Assembly (NCBI GenBank): GCA_965658965.1 | Contig: CBFHVV010000006.1 | Coordinates: 367-64,366, forward strand | Reading direction: 5' to 3' | From: Croceimicrobium sp. | Lineage (GTDB): Bacteria; Bacteroidota; Bacteroidia; Flavobacteriales; Schleiferiaceae | DNA: 64,000 bases | Part shown: positions 19,055 through 27,420 of the stretch, in pieces | Position numbering within the stretch: position 1 is the first letter of the stretch | How the letters are laid out: the number at the start of each line of letters is the position of its first letter | Position numbers and translations under genes: made by a program | The notes under the pieces: model-generated | Database searches by the model: none | The model's input: only the letters and a program-made list of their open reading frames with translations | What the model was told of the DNA's origin: nothing

Positions 19055-20559
19055 GACTTTGGTTTTAAAAATTCAAGGTCTTCTTTTTTTGCATTTAAAA
19101 GTTCATTTTCTTGGGCAAGGTTGTAGGCTGTTTGGCCAAAAGGATCTGTTAAATTGGGGTTGGCTCCTTGACCTATTAACAATTTAAGCGACGCCAAAGA
19201 ATTAGTTTTTAAAGCTGCTATGTGCAATGCGCTTAGGCCTTCGTTATTTGTCGCATTCACATCAAGGGGCAGCTTAGTTGCTTTTTCTAACAGATATATT
19301 TGGGAGGATTCTGCGGCTAAATGATACCAAGTATTCCCTGAGGCCTGTTGCTGAGTTAAATCAACCCCTTCTTTTTTAAGCATATTTAGCTTGGCATCAA
19401 ACTCAGTTTCATTACCCGGTTGGTAAGCTTTGATTAAATAATAAACTAAACTATTACCCGCTTTATCGCGCATAGCGCTTTTTGCTCCCTCCTTCAAAAG
19501 GGTTTCAACGGCAGCTTGACTATTGTAACGTAAGGCAATGCTTAAGGCTGTTTCACCCTTGCTACTAGTGTGGTTGATGTTACTGCTATGCTTGGCTAAT
19601 AGTTTAATAATTTCGGGTTTTTGCCGAGCGGAAGCATTTATGAGGGCATTGTAGCCGTTTACTGTGGGTTGATTTACATTTACTCCAGATTGGATCAGAT
19701 AGGCAACGGTTTCAAGCGTGGCATCTTTGGTAAGGTAGTAGGTGAGGGGGGTGTTACCGGTTTTGCTAACTTGACGTGGATTAACGCCTAATTCTGATAG
19801 ATATTTAAACGTAGAGAGTTTATTGGTTTTACCACGCAATCCTTGAGCTGCAAAATGCTGGGCATTCTCTAAATTTCTATTTAATTGTGAGGGGTCTAAA
19901 CCTTCTTTTTGCAACCAATCCAGCATTTTTTGATGGCCACCCTTAGCCGCATAGTGAAAAGCACCACTGCCGTTTTTATCAAGGTCTTTTAGCTGAAGCC
20001 CGTAGCTTTCTAAAAAATTGATAAGGTCTACATTTTGTAAATGTGGAAGTAATAGTAACAAGGCATGAGCTCCATCTCTACTTTTTTCTTGTAGAGGCTG
20101 AGCGCCATTGTTAATTAAGAATTCATAAACGGCCTGATCTTGTTGACCAGTAACAGCCGCAAAATTGAGGATGCTATATCCATGATCATCTATCATGTTG
20201 GTTTGGGCGCCATTTTCAATAAGCCATTGCATTACAGGTAGGTTAGCCTTATATGCCGCCCAAAAAAGATAGGTACGACCGTCATGGGTAATTTTATCGG
20301 CGGAATTACCAGGCAGTTTCAACAGGTATTCAATAACTTCAAAATCAGCTTTTTCTAAAAGAGCCCACACTACAGGGTCAAAGGCGTTGGCGTCTAGAAT
20401 GGATGGGTCGTGGCCTTCTTGGACCAGTGCCTTTACTGTATCAAGCTTAGGTTGGTTTTTCCAGAAAGCCCTTTGGGCAAGAGGGTTCTGGCTTTGCAGC
20501 GAAAAAAAACTTAATACAAATAGCAAGCTAAGTAGGGTTAATGGCAGTTTTCTGATCAT
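19051..20559 (-). CDS. Secreted ankyrin-repeat protein
   Basis: Signal peptide from the ATG at 20559 (MIRKLPLTLLSLLFVLSFFSLQSQ); the track start at 20568 is a TTG. More than 10 ANK-like repeats (G.T.LH.AA..G......LL..GA..N pattern). Confidence 0.85.
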   Translation of the reverse strand: MIRKLPLTLLSLLFVLSFFSLQSQNPLAQRAFWKNQPKLDTVKALVQEGHDPSILDANAFDPVVWALLEKADFEVIEYLLKLPGNSADKITHDGRTYLFWAAYKANLPVMQWLIENGAQTNMIDDHGYSILNFAAVTGQQDQAVYEFLINNGAQPLQEKSRDGAHALLLLLPHLQNVDLINFLESYGLQLKDLDKNGSGAFHYAAKGGHQKMLDWLQKEGLDPSQLNRNLENAQHFAAQGLRGKTNKLSTFKYLSELGVNPRQVSKTGNTPLTYYLTKDATLETVAYLIQSGVNVNQPTVNGYNALINASARQKPEIIKLLAKHSSNINHTSSKGETALSIALRYNSQAAVETLLKEGAKSAMRDKAGNSLVYYLIKAYQPGNETEFDAKLNMLKKEGVDLTQQQASGNTWYHLAAESSQIYLLEKATKLPLDVNATNNEGLSALHIAALKTNSLASLKLLIGQGANPNLTDPFGQTAYNLAQENELLNAKKEDLEFLKPKS

Positions 20560-20564
20560 ACAGT

Positions 20565-21578
20565 TCAATTAAGCGGTAAATATTCAAACAACACATTTCC
20601 TTTATTTCCATTTTGATCATAAAATCCGCTAAAGCGAAAACGATACAAGATTTCATCAGGATCTTTTATAAAATACACATTGCGTTTATTAATAGTGAAG
20701 CTGCTGGTTTCAAGACTAAAAGATTTCCAGTCATGTCCTATTACGTCCGCTCTTACGCTTAGCCTCCCGTATTCAACTTCATTAATGGTAACCATACTCC
20801 AGCTAAAAGTGGTATCCTGTTCAAAAGCTTCAAACTGATAAGCTTCAACCAAATAAGGGTTTAACAAGCAGCCTGTAACGGAGTAATCTAGGGAGTCGCT
20901 GCCGTCAAAAAGCTTGGTCATATACCGTGAAAAAAGCAAATCCCAATCTTCTTTTGGTGGCTCTAACAGCAGAGTAGAATCGCCCTGAGCGAAAGAAACA
21001 TATACGTTATTATATCGGCTATCACTTTTAATTTCAAATTCTTGCAGGTTAGCCTGATTAAGATCGGCTACCATGAAGCGGTAAACGCCACTCTCAAAGC
21101 TGTTGAATTTCAATAGTTTATGCCCGCGTCTTTGGTTTTTCAAATCTCTACCTAAGTTGATTATAAAAACCTCTCCTTGGGCCGCGCCTTGGGCGAAATC
21201 TTGTGCTAAAATCCCCTCTTCATAAAACTGGGCGGGATTTTCAAAAAAGAAGTCGTAATCACTCGCTGAGTAACTGGCGAAAAAATCGGTTTTACCAGTG
21301 GGCGCAATTGATTGAAGCATAGCGCTGTTTATAAAAGCATTGGGATTATTGGTCTCACAGCTAAAGCCTAAATCCCAAGCATCTCTAAGGTGACTAGCTC
21401 TGGCCTGGTTGGTGCTAAGGTCATAATAGACCTGCATTTGATAGTCGGCTTCGTTAGAGCCAACCATACTTGCTTCGCCTATTTGGTCAGTTAAAAAACG
21501 ACCTTCTAGAAGCTCTTCTTCTTCTTTACAGGCGTTAAGAGCCAAAACGACGGTACTTAAAAACAGGAACCTTTTCAT
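20565..21578 (-). CDS. HmuY-like lipoprotein
   Basis: Lipobox LALNAC. Two WDLxF motifs (AWDLGFSCE, DWDLLFSRY) resemble the NWDMALHRY motif of P. gingivalis HmuY. It overlaps the TBDR stop by 4 nt. Confidence 0.5.
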   Translation of the reverse strand: MKRFLFLSTVVLALNACKEEEELLEGRFLTDQIGEASMVGSNEADYQMQVYYDLSTNQARASHLRDAWDLGFSCETNNPNAFINSAMLQSIAPTGKTDFFASYSASDYDFFFENPAQFYEEGILAQDFAQGAAQGEVFIINLGRDLKNQRRGHKLLKFNSFESGVYRFMVADLNQANLQEFEIKSDSRYNNVYVSFAQGDSTLLLEPPKEDWDLLFSRYMTKLFDGSDSLDYSVTGCLLNPYLVEAYQFEAFEQDTTFSWSMVTINEVEYGRLSVRADVIGHDWKSFSLETSSFTINKRNVYFIKDPDEILYRFRFSGFYDQNGNKGNVLFEYLPLN

Positions 21579-23833
21579 GGTAAATTTAAAATTAGACGGG
21601 TGAAAAAAGTACGGCCTACACTTAAGGGAATTGCGGTGCCACCTGAACTATGCGCCCCTCCACCAATTGGGGCGTTGGCATTTATCTGCTGTATGTTTAA
21701 GATATTTTTAAGCCCGATAGTAACACTCACTTTATCTTTCCAAAAGCCTTTTTCTATATTTAAATCTACCAGTGAGAAGCCTTCAAAAGTGGTAAGAAAT
21801 AACTCATCATTGCGACTAGCCAGTTGCTGCCTTTCAGCAGTGTGCTTTATAAAAATAGAGCTTTGTAAGCCCCAGCGCTCGTGGTTGTGATTAAGGTTAA
21901 ATTGGTATTGGGGAAAGAAATTGAATTGGTTTAATTCAGCATTTGTTCTTTTGCTAAAAGCTAAATTGTTTTTAATACCAATTAGGCTTACTCCCGTTTG
22001 TAAAGACCAGTTTTGATAATTTACTTTAAGGCCAACGTTACCACCGGTGGTTTGGGTACGCGCTATGTTTTCATTTCTGAATAGTCCGCGAGGCTCAGTG
22101 TCATCGGGCTCTATTACAGAAACTAGCCTTATTTCATTTTCTATGCTATTAAAAAAGCTTTGGGCTGAAAAGACGCATTTCCAATTTGAGCTCTTAACTT
22201 GGTAATTTAAGCTCAGTTGAAAGTTGTCAGAGGTTTCTGCCTGCAAATTTTCGTTACCTAAAATGTTATGATTTTCATCAACAAATAGAAAGTATAGTTC
22301 GCGCAGGCTGGGGGCTCTAAAGCCTTGAGCATAAGATGCTCTTAAGGTTAGGTTTTTGTTTTGGGCGTAGCGTAAGGCAAGGGATGTAATTAAAGGTGCT
22401 TTAAAATTGCTATTGTAAGCATAACGCAAGCCTGGCTGCAGGGTAAGTCTACTGAAAGTCGTATATTCCCATTGGGTAAAAAGAGCGGCATCAGTGAGGT
22501 TTTGCACGCTGTTTTTTATCCGCTCCCCGCTATTGGTTTCATGGTTAAAATCATAGCCTAATTGGTAGTTGAGGTTATTATTAAGCTGGTGGCTGATAAA
22601 GCTGCGCGAAGCAAAAGAATTGAAAATAGAGGTGTCTTGAGCATCAAGACCACCAAAGCGCGTTTGGTCACCGGTGTTTAAATTTTTTATAAATGTGGTT
22701 TTTCTACGCTGAAAATAATTATAAGCCACAAAGCCAGAAATTTTGATTTTTGGACTAAGAAAATAGTCAAAGTCAACCGCATTATTAAGTCGTTGTGTGA
22801 GGTAATAATCGTCGAGTGCCCTGGGGTATTTCCAAGCTCCAGTGTCAACCGGACTTATCAGCGAATCAAAACTTCCTATGTTACCTTTGTTGGTAATTTC
22901 TTCCCAAAAGTATTCTACTCGGTAGCGAAGCAACACCTTGCCAAAGCGCCTTTGCAAACGTAGGTTACCAAAATACTGCTCCTTGGGGTTCCAAGCTAAG
23001 TTTCGCCGATTCTCAGCGAGTGAGAAGCCGTTAAAGAAATAACGGCCTAGGCCTATTTTGCCATGCCAATTGCCGATTGGTAAAGAGGCGGATCCATCAA
23101 AATTGTAACGGCCTACGCTTTCAAAATAATTGGTGACCTGATACTGAGGCCTTTTATTAGCTGATCGTTTGGTGATTAAATTAATGGTTCCAGCAAGAGC
23201 ATCGGTTCCGTATTGAATGGCCATAGGGCCTTCTACCACTTCAACCCGCTCAATGTCATTTAGGTTAAGCTGGCCAATATCAATGTTTCCGCCTAAGCGA
23301 CCAATAACAGGCACACCATCTATTAAAATTTTCACTTTAGCACCATCTAAGCCTTGCACGCTAATTTGAGAGCCTAAAATGCCGTCCTCGCTAACCTGTA
23401 GATTTAGCTCGTTACTAAGCAAGTCGCTTAGGTTAATGGCAGCTTGTTGTTTTATGCGCTGCTGCCCCAAAATCTTAATATTTCGTACTGCCTTAATACT
23501 GGAAGTGGGGTGGCCTTGCCCAGTCACCACTACCTCCTCTAAATGATCAACTTTAGGTTTAAGGTAAAGGTTTTGTTCAGTGCTGGGGCGGATGGCTAAG
23601 TTTTGGTAGCTAAGGTGCATTAGTTTAATCTCGCAGTTCTTTGGAGATTTAAACCTTAGCCAGCCCTGATCATTTGAAATCTCTAAAGATGTATCACCAG
23701 CACTTATAACCAGTGCTTGAACGGTAGGAATAGGAGCGCCAGTTTCCGCATCTAAAACCTGTAAATTGTATTGGACTTGACCAATTAATAAGCTAGACCC
23801 TAGACAAAACAAAACAATAAAGAATTTGACCAT
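21575..23833 (-). CDS. TonB-dependent receptor with carboxypeptidase-regulatory-like N-domain
   Basis: Plug motifs (VVVTGQG, ISVQGLDGAKVKILIDGVPVIGR, IERVEVVEGPMAIQYGTDALAGTINLITK). GFRAPSLRELYF...H...GNENLQAE box. Confidence 0.9.
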   Translation of the reverse strand: MVKFFIVLFCLGSSLLIGQVQYNLQVLDAETGAPIPTVQALVISAGDTSLEISNDQGWLRFKSPKNCEIKLMHLSYQNLAIRPSTEQNLYLKPKVDHLEEVVVTGQGHPTSSIKAVRNIKILGQQRIKQQAAINLSDLLSNELNLQVSEDGILGSQISVQGLDGAKVKILIDGVPVIGRLGGNIDIGQLNLNDIERVEVVEGPMAIQYGTDALAGTINLITKRSANKRPQYQVTNYFESVGRYNFDGSASLPIGNWHGKIGLGRYFFNGFSLAENRRNLAWNPKEQYFGNLRLQRRFGKVLLRYRVEYFWEEITNKGNIGSFDSLISPVDTGAWKYPRALDDYYLTQRLNNAVDFDYFLSPKIKISGFVAYNYFQRRKTTFIKNLNTGDQTRFGGLDAQDTSIFNSFASRSFISHQLNNNLNYQLGYDFNHETNSGERIKNSVQNLTDAALFTQWEYTTFSRLTLQPGLRYAYNSNFKAPLITSLALRYAQNKNLTLRASYAQGFRAPSLRELYFLFVDENHNILGNENLQAETSDNFQLSLNYQVKSSNWKCVFSAQSFFNSIENEIRLVSVIEPDDTEPRGLFRNENIARTQTTGGNVGLKVNYQNWSLQTGVSLIGIKNNLAFSKRTNAELNQFNFFPQYQFNLNHNHERWGLQSSIFIKHTAERQQLASRNDELFLTTFEGFSLVDLNIEKGFWKDKVSVTIGLKNILNIQQINANAPIGGGAHSSGGTAIPLSVGRTFFTRLILNLP

Positions 23834-23897
23834 ACTGCTAAAACTAGTAGCACCGACCTTTCTTATAAGGTCGGTAACTTTACTTATCAGATATTTT

Positions 23898-25148
23898 TTA
23901 ATTAATCATTACTTTGGTGGTATTGCTAAAACCCGCACCGGCCACTTGTAAAATATAGGCACCTGTCTTTAAGTCGTTAATTTTAAGCTGATACTCTATT
24001 AGCCCAGTAGTTTGTGTTAAATCTTCAGATTTTATCAGCCTGCCATTTAAATCAAAAAGCTTTAGTTGTAAATCTTGCTCTTGGGCGGCATGCATCACCA
24101 AGGTGAATTGATCGGTTGCGGGGTTGGGGAATACTGAAACTAAACGTACTGTTTGGCTTTCATCTAGCCCAATAAAAGTGCTCCAGTAGGTAATATCTGT
24201 ATTAGGATAAACATAAAGCTCTGCACCATTTATATCATTTATTCGTAACGGTATGGCACTAAAACTGCCCTGCGCATAAAAGGCTATATCCCAGTTAAGG
24301 TCAGTGTTTTTAGAAACTTCACTAGTGTTCTCTAAAGAGTAGAAAACCTGATCTACATTGCCAGCACCAAGCACCACGGAATCAGCTATCCCATTTACAG
24401 TAAATTTTATTTTTCCGGTACCAGAACCGCCGTATTCAGTAAACACTAATTCGTTTATAGCCCCATCTTGATTTTTTACTAAATAGGTTATCGTATCAAA
24501 AGTGACAATTCCACTGGGGCCTGCGCTTTTCCAGTCATAGCCGATGGTAGAAATATTTGAAGAAAATGGAAAGGCCAATGTGTCATTTATCTGTGCAGTT
24601 ACTCCCTGACCTAATTCTACTTGTGAGGTTTGCACATCGCGATTGTGCAAAACGCCAGTAACAGGATAAAAACCAAAACCGGGAAAGCTGATTAGATATT
24701 TTCGGAATACAATATCCCAGTTAGCAGTGGCTGGCTCTAGGTCTTTTACGGCATCTGAAGTGATAGCATAATAGAAGAAGTTTTTGGTGTCATAAGGGGC
24801 ACGGTCGAAAGTTTTGGTAGTTACCCCTGATCCATCTAAATTGCTTAAGGTTATAGTGAATTTGCCGGAGGCCAAGTTATCAATACTTATAGCTTTAAAT
24901 TCGTCATCGTTTGTTTTGAGAATGTAAATACTGTCTCCTTCAATAAGGTGGGTTTGGATGCCATAATTACCCCAACCAAAGTCAGTGGGGGTGCCTAAAT
25001 CTCTGTTGCTATCAAATGCACCTGTTTGCCAAGTTTCATAGGAATTGGTTAATAAAGGCCAAGAGCCTAGACCCGTAGTATCGAAGGTTTGCGCGTTAAT
25101 ATTGAGCGCAATTAATGCCATTATAAGAAGGGTAGCAGTTTTTTTCAT
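23898..25148 (-). CDS. HmuY-like secreted protein with T9SS C-terminal sorting domain
   Basis: Signal peptide. NWDIVFRKY and NWDIAFYAQ motifs. C-terminal VSVFPNPATDQFTLV...GAYILQVAGAGFSNTTKVMIN. Confidence 0.6.
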   Translation of the reverse strand: MKKTATLLIMALIALNINAQTFDTTGLGSWPLLTNSYETWQTGAFDSNRDLGTPTDFGWGNYGIQTHLIEGDSIYILKTNDDEFKAISIDNLASGKFTITLSNLDGSGVTTKTFDRAPYDTKNFFYYAITSDAVKDLEPATANWDIVFRKYLISFPGFGFYPVTGVLHNRDVQTSQVELGQGVTAQINDTLAFPFSSNISTIGYDWKSAGPSGIVTFDTITYLVKNQDGAINELVFTEYGGSGTGKIKFTVNGIADSVVLGAGNVDQVFYSLENTSEVSKNTDLNWDIAFYAQGSFSAIPLRINDINGAELYVYPNTDITYWSTFIGLDESQTVRLVSVFPNPATDQFTLVMHAAQEQDLQLKLFDLNGRLIKSEDLTQTTGLIEYQLKINDLKTGAYILQVAGAGFSNTTKVMIN

Positions 25149-25167
25149 TTTATTTTTTCGTTTAGTT

Positions 25168-26118
25168 TTAAAAATTTGAGGAGGTCCAGGAGCTTGGTTT
25201 TTTGCTTAGATAAGACTCAATAATGGCTTTGATTTTTTTCTGGGCGTTTGACGATGAATAGTTTTCGCGTGCGACAAGCTCATCGCCTAGCTCAAATATT
25301 TGCTCATAAAGTTTTTGATTGTTAACCTTACGCTTTAGGTTCACGTAGTCAACTTCTGATAGAATTGAATTCCATACTGCACGCACATCTGCCCAATAAC
25401 TTTGGTTTTCGGCCCAATATTTTTTTGCAGGATCACAACGACTTTCGTCTACCCTACGGTAAGTATTCATACCTTTTTCATAAACTAGTGTGCTATCTTC
25501 TGTTTCTGTACGAAGCACCTTAGCATTGTCTAGCTCATGTACATGGCCATATTCTTTTATTTGGTGTTTGTTATTTCGTACCAAAACATTGTAATCGCTT
25601 CGCTTTGTGAATTCCCTGCGTGGCAGTGGCGCAGCAACTTGAGATTCCCAGTATTTTTTACCATCTATAATAACCCAAGTGGCATTGCCTTGGTATCGTG
25701 GACTATCATCTACTTGGTAAACATTTTGGGTCCAGGTGCCTTCTGCAGACTCTTTAGTTAGCTTTTTTCTTTGCCATTCAAGATTGCGTTGGTACTCAAA
25801 TATTTCACGATTTTCATAGAGCCAATCTTGCCGCCAATGTTTAATTACAAAAGTGTCGTTGATCACCAGTAAATGTTGTAGTATTAACTCTCGATCCGAC
25901 TCTCCTGCCACAACAATATATTCAAGCCCACTCATTCGGTAGCGGTCGTGGTACTCGTATTCATTCGATGTGGCAAAGGTTTCAGCGTAGTCAAAGCTGA
26001 CCTCATAACAACCACACATTTCCCTTATAGTCTCCTTTTCTGCTTGAAATTTTGTTTTTTGAGCCCAAGAAGATAGCCCCGAAGTAAGGGCGATAAGACT
26101 GAATAATATACGCTTCAT
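25168..26118 (-). CDS. Hypothetical secreted protein (first gene of the operon)
   Basis: Signal peptide MKRILFSLIALTSGLSSWAQ. The 316-aa protein is Trp/Tyr/Glu-rich and I recognise no family. Confidence 0.5.
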   Translation of the reverse strand: MKRILFSLIALTSGLSSWAQKTKFQAEKETIREMCGCYEVSFDYAETFATSNEYEYHDRYRMSGLEYIVVAGESDRELILQHLLVINDTFVIKHWRQDWLYENREIFEYQRNLEWQRKKLTKESAEGTWTQNVYQVDDSPRYQGNATWVIIDGKKYWESQVAAPLPRREFTKRSDYNVLVRNNKHQIKEYGHVHELDNAKVLRTETEDSTLVYEKGMNTYRRVDESRCDPAKKYWAENQSYWADVRAVWNSILSEVDYVNLKRKVNNQKLYEQIFELGDELVARENYSSSNAQKKIKAIIESYLSKKPSSWTSSNF

Positions 26119-26430
26119 GTAAACTTATTTAGACTAATTAAAAATAATAAGGCAAAAGTAATAAGTGCCTCAGAATACGCAAAGCTTATTTAGATTAAAT
26201 AAAAATAAAATTTTAAGTAATTGTGTATCAGTACATATTTGAGTAATTCTCCTCTAACTTGTTGCCGCGTAAGTTTGTTGTCGTCTAGTTAGGAAGAATC
26301 TTTTATTAATTTCATTAAGCTTTTTATGGCTTCTAGTAGTCGCTATGTTGCTGGATCTTTCTTTAAGCCAACTTTGAATGTAGAGCTTAATCTGTAAGGA
26401 CTTGATAGGGTCAATGAGAGTCCATAAACG

Positions 26431-26465
26431 AAAAAAGTCCCGAAACTGATGCTTCGGGACTTTTC
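26431..26465 (-). terminator. Hairpin terminator, array-distal copy (perfect stem)
   Basis: Minus-strand RNA: AGUCCCGAAgcaucaguUUCGGGACUuuuuu. Confidence 0.7.
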
Positions 26466-26469
26466 TTAG

Positions 26470-26524
26470 TAGCGGGGGCAGGACTCGAACCTAGGTCCGC
26501 CTCTGGCGGATAAGAGCCCAAGAC
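26470..26524 (-). pseudogene. Decayed 3' two-thirds of tRNA-fMet (fragment a)
   Basis: Minus strand: cttgggctcTtaTccgccagaggcggacc + TAGGTTCGAGTCCTGCCCCCGCTA. The last 24 nt are identical to the T-arm/acceptor 3' end of the real tRNA. The first 14 nt match its anticodon arm at 12/14. Confidence 0.75.
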
Positions 26525-26779
26525 CTAGTTGTAGACGGGAAGAATTTCAGATCTGATAAAGCTCCTTCCTTTCCCGGATTTTAAATATTTTTCATCCTTT
26601 AAGGCTTCTGATTTTTGATCATGGAAGCGCACTGCAATCACCATCCAGGGACGATATTTAATGGTAAAACCTTTTTTTGCAAGACTTTGATGCGAATGAA
26701 ACCTAGTTATATGGTCAGCAGTGAAACCGATATAGAGGCGGTCATGTTTTTGAGAGTATAAAAGATAGCTTACAAACAT
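26525..26779 (-). CDS. Small GIY-YIG (URI) domain nuclease-family protein, copy 1
   Basis: 84 aa: VSYLLYS...RLYIGFTAD (GIY...YIG), R..H.H, and DEKYLKSGKGRSF (a conserved Glu followed by a basic tail). Confidence 0.8.
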   Translation of the reverse strand: MFVSYLLYSQKHDRLYIGFTADHITRFHSHQSLAKKGFTIKYRPWMVIAVRFHDQKSEALKDEKYLKSGKGRSFIRSEILPVYN

Positions 26780-26837
26780 GATTATTTGATAATTAGGTTT
26801 TCAAGGTACCACTTTCGTCAATGAGAGTCTCTAAACG

Positions 26838-26872
26838 AAAAAAGTCCCGAAACTGATGCTTCGAGACTTTTC
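26838..26872 (-). terminator. Hairpin terminator, internal copy (G-U in minus-strand RNA)
   Basis: Same hairpin as 26431-26465 but cgGgac is changed to cgAgac on the plus strand. Confidence 0.6.
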
Positions 26873-26876
26873 TTAG

Positions 26877-26931
26877 TAGCGGGGGCAGGACTCGAACCTA
26901 GGTCCGCCTCTGGCGGATAAGAGCCCAAGGC
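26877..26931 (-). pseudogene. Decayed 3' two-thirds of tRNA-fMet (fragment b)
   Basis: Differs from fragment a at 1 of 55 nt. Confidence 0.75.
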
Positions 26932-27186
26932 CTAGTTGTAGATGGGAAGAATTTCAGATCTGATAAAGCTCCTTCCTTTTCCAGATTTTAAATATTTTTC
27001 ATCCTTTAAGACGTCTGATTTTTGATCATGGAAGCGCACAGCGATGACCATCCAGGGACGATATTTAATGGTAAAACCTTTTTTTGCAAGTCTTTGATGC
27101 GAATGAAACCTAGTTATAAGGTCAGCAGTGAAACCGATATAGAGGCGGTCATGTTTCTGAGAGTATAAAACATAGCTTACAAACAC
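26932..27186 (-). CDS. Small GIY-YIG (URI) domain nuclease-family protein, copy 2 (GTG start)
   Basis: 84 aa with 6 aa differences from copy 1. The start codon reads GTG (cac on the plus strand at 27184-27186). Confidence 0.75.
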   Translation of the reverse strand: MFVSYVLYSQKHDRLYIGFTADLITRFHSHQRLAKKGFTIKYRPWMVIAVRFHDQKSDVLKDEKYLKSGKGRSFIRSEILPIYN

Positions 27187-27236
27187 GATTATTTGATAAT
27201 TAGGTTTTCACTTTCGTCAATGAGAGTCTATAAACG

Positions 27237-27271
27237 AAAAAAGTCCCGAAACTGATGCTTCGAGACTTTTC
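27237..27271 (-). terminator. Hairpin terminator immediately 3' of tRNA-fMet
   Basis: Same hairpin, carrying the cgAgac variant. Confidence 0.6.
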
Positions 27272-27275
27272 TTAG

Positions 27276-27348
<73 letters not shown>

Positions 27349-27352
27349 ATGT

Positions 27353-27389
27353 GGGCGGCAAATATATAAGCATTTCTGAAAGTGAGCAA
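27353..27389 (-). promoter_or_regulatory. tRNA-fMet promoter (-33 TTG, -7 TATATTTG, GC-rich discriminator)
   Basis: Minus strand: gcTTGctcactttcagaaatgcttaTATATTTGCCGCCCacat followed by tRNA +1. The spacer is 20 nt. Confidence 0.6.
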
Positions 27390-27420
27390 GCTTTTATGCT
27401 TTTTCTTGTATTTTCACGCA

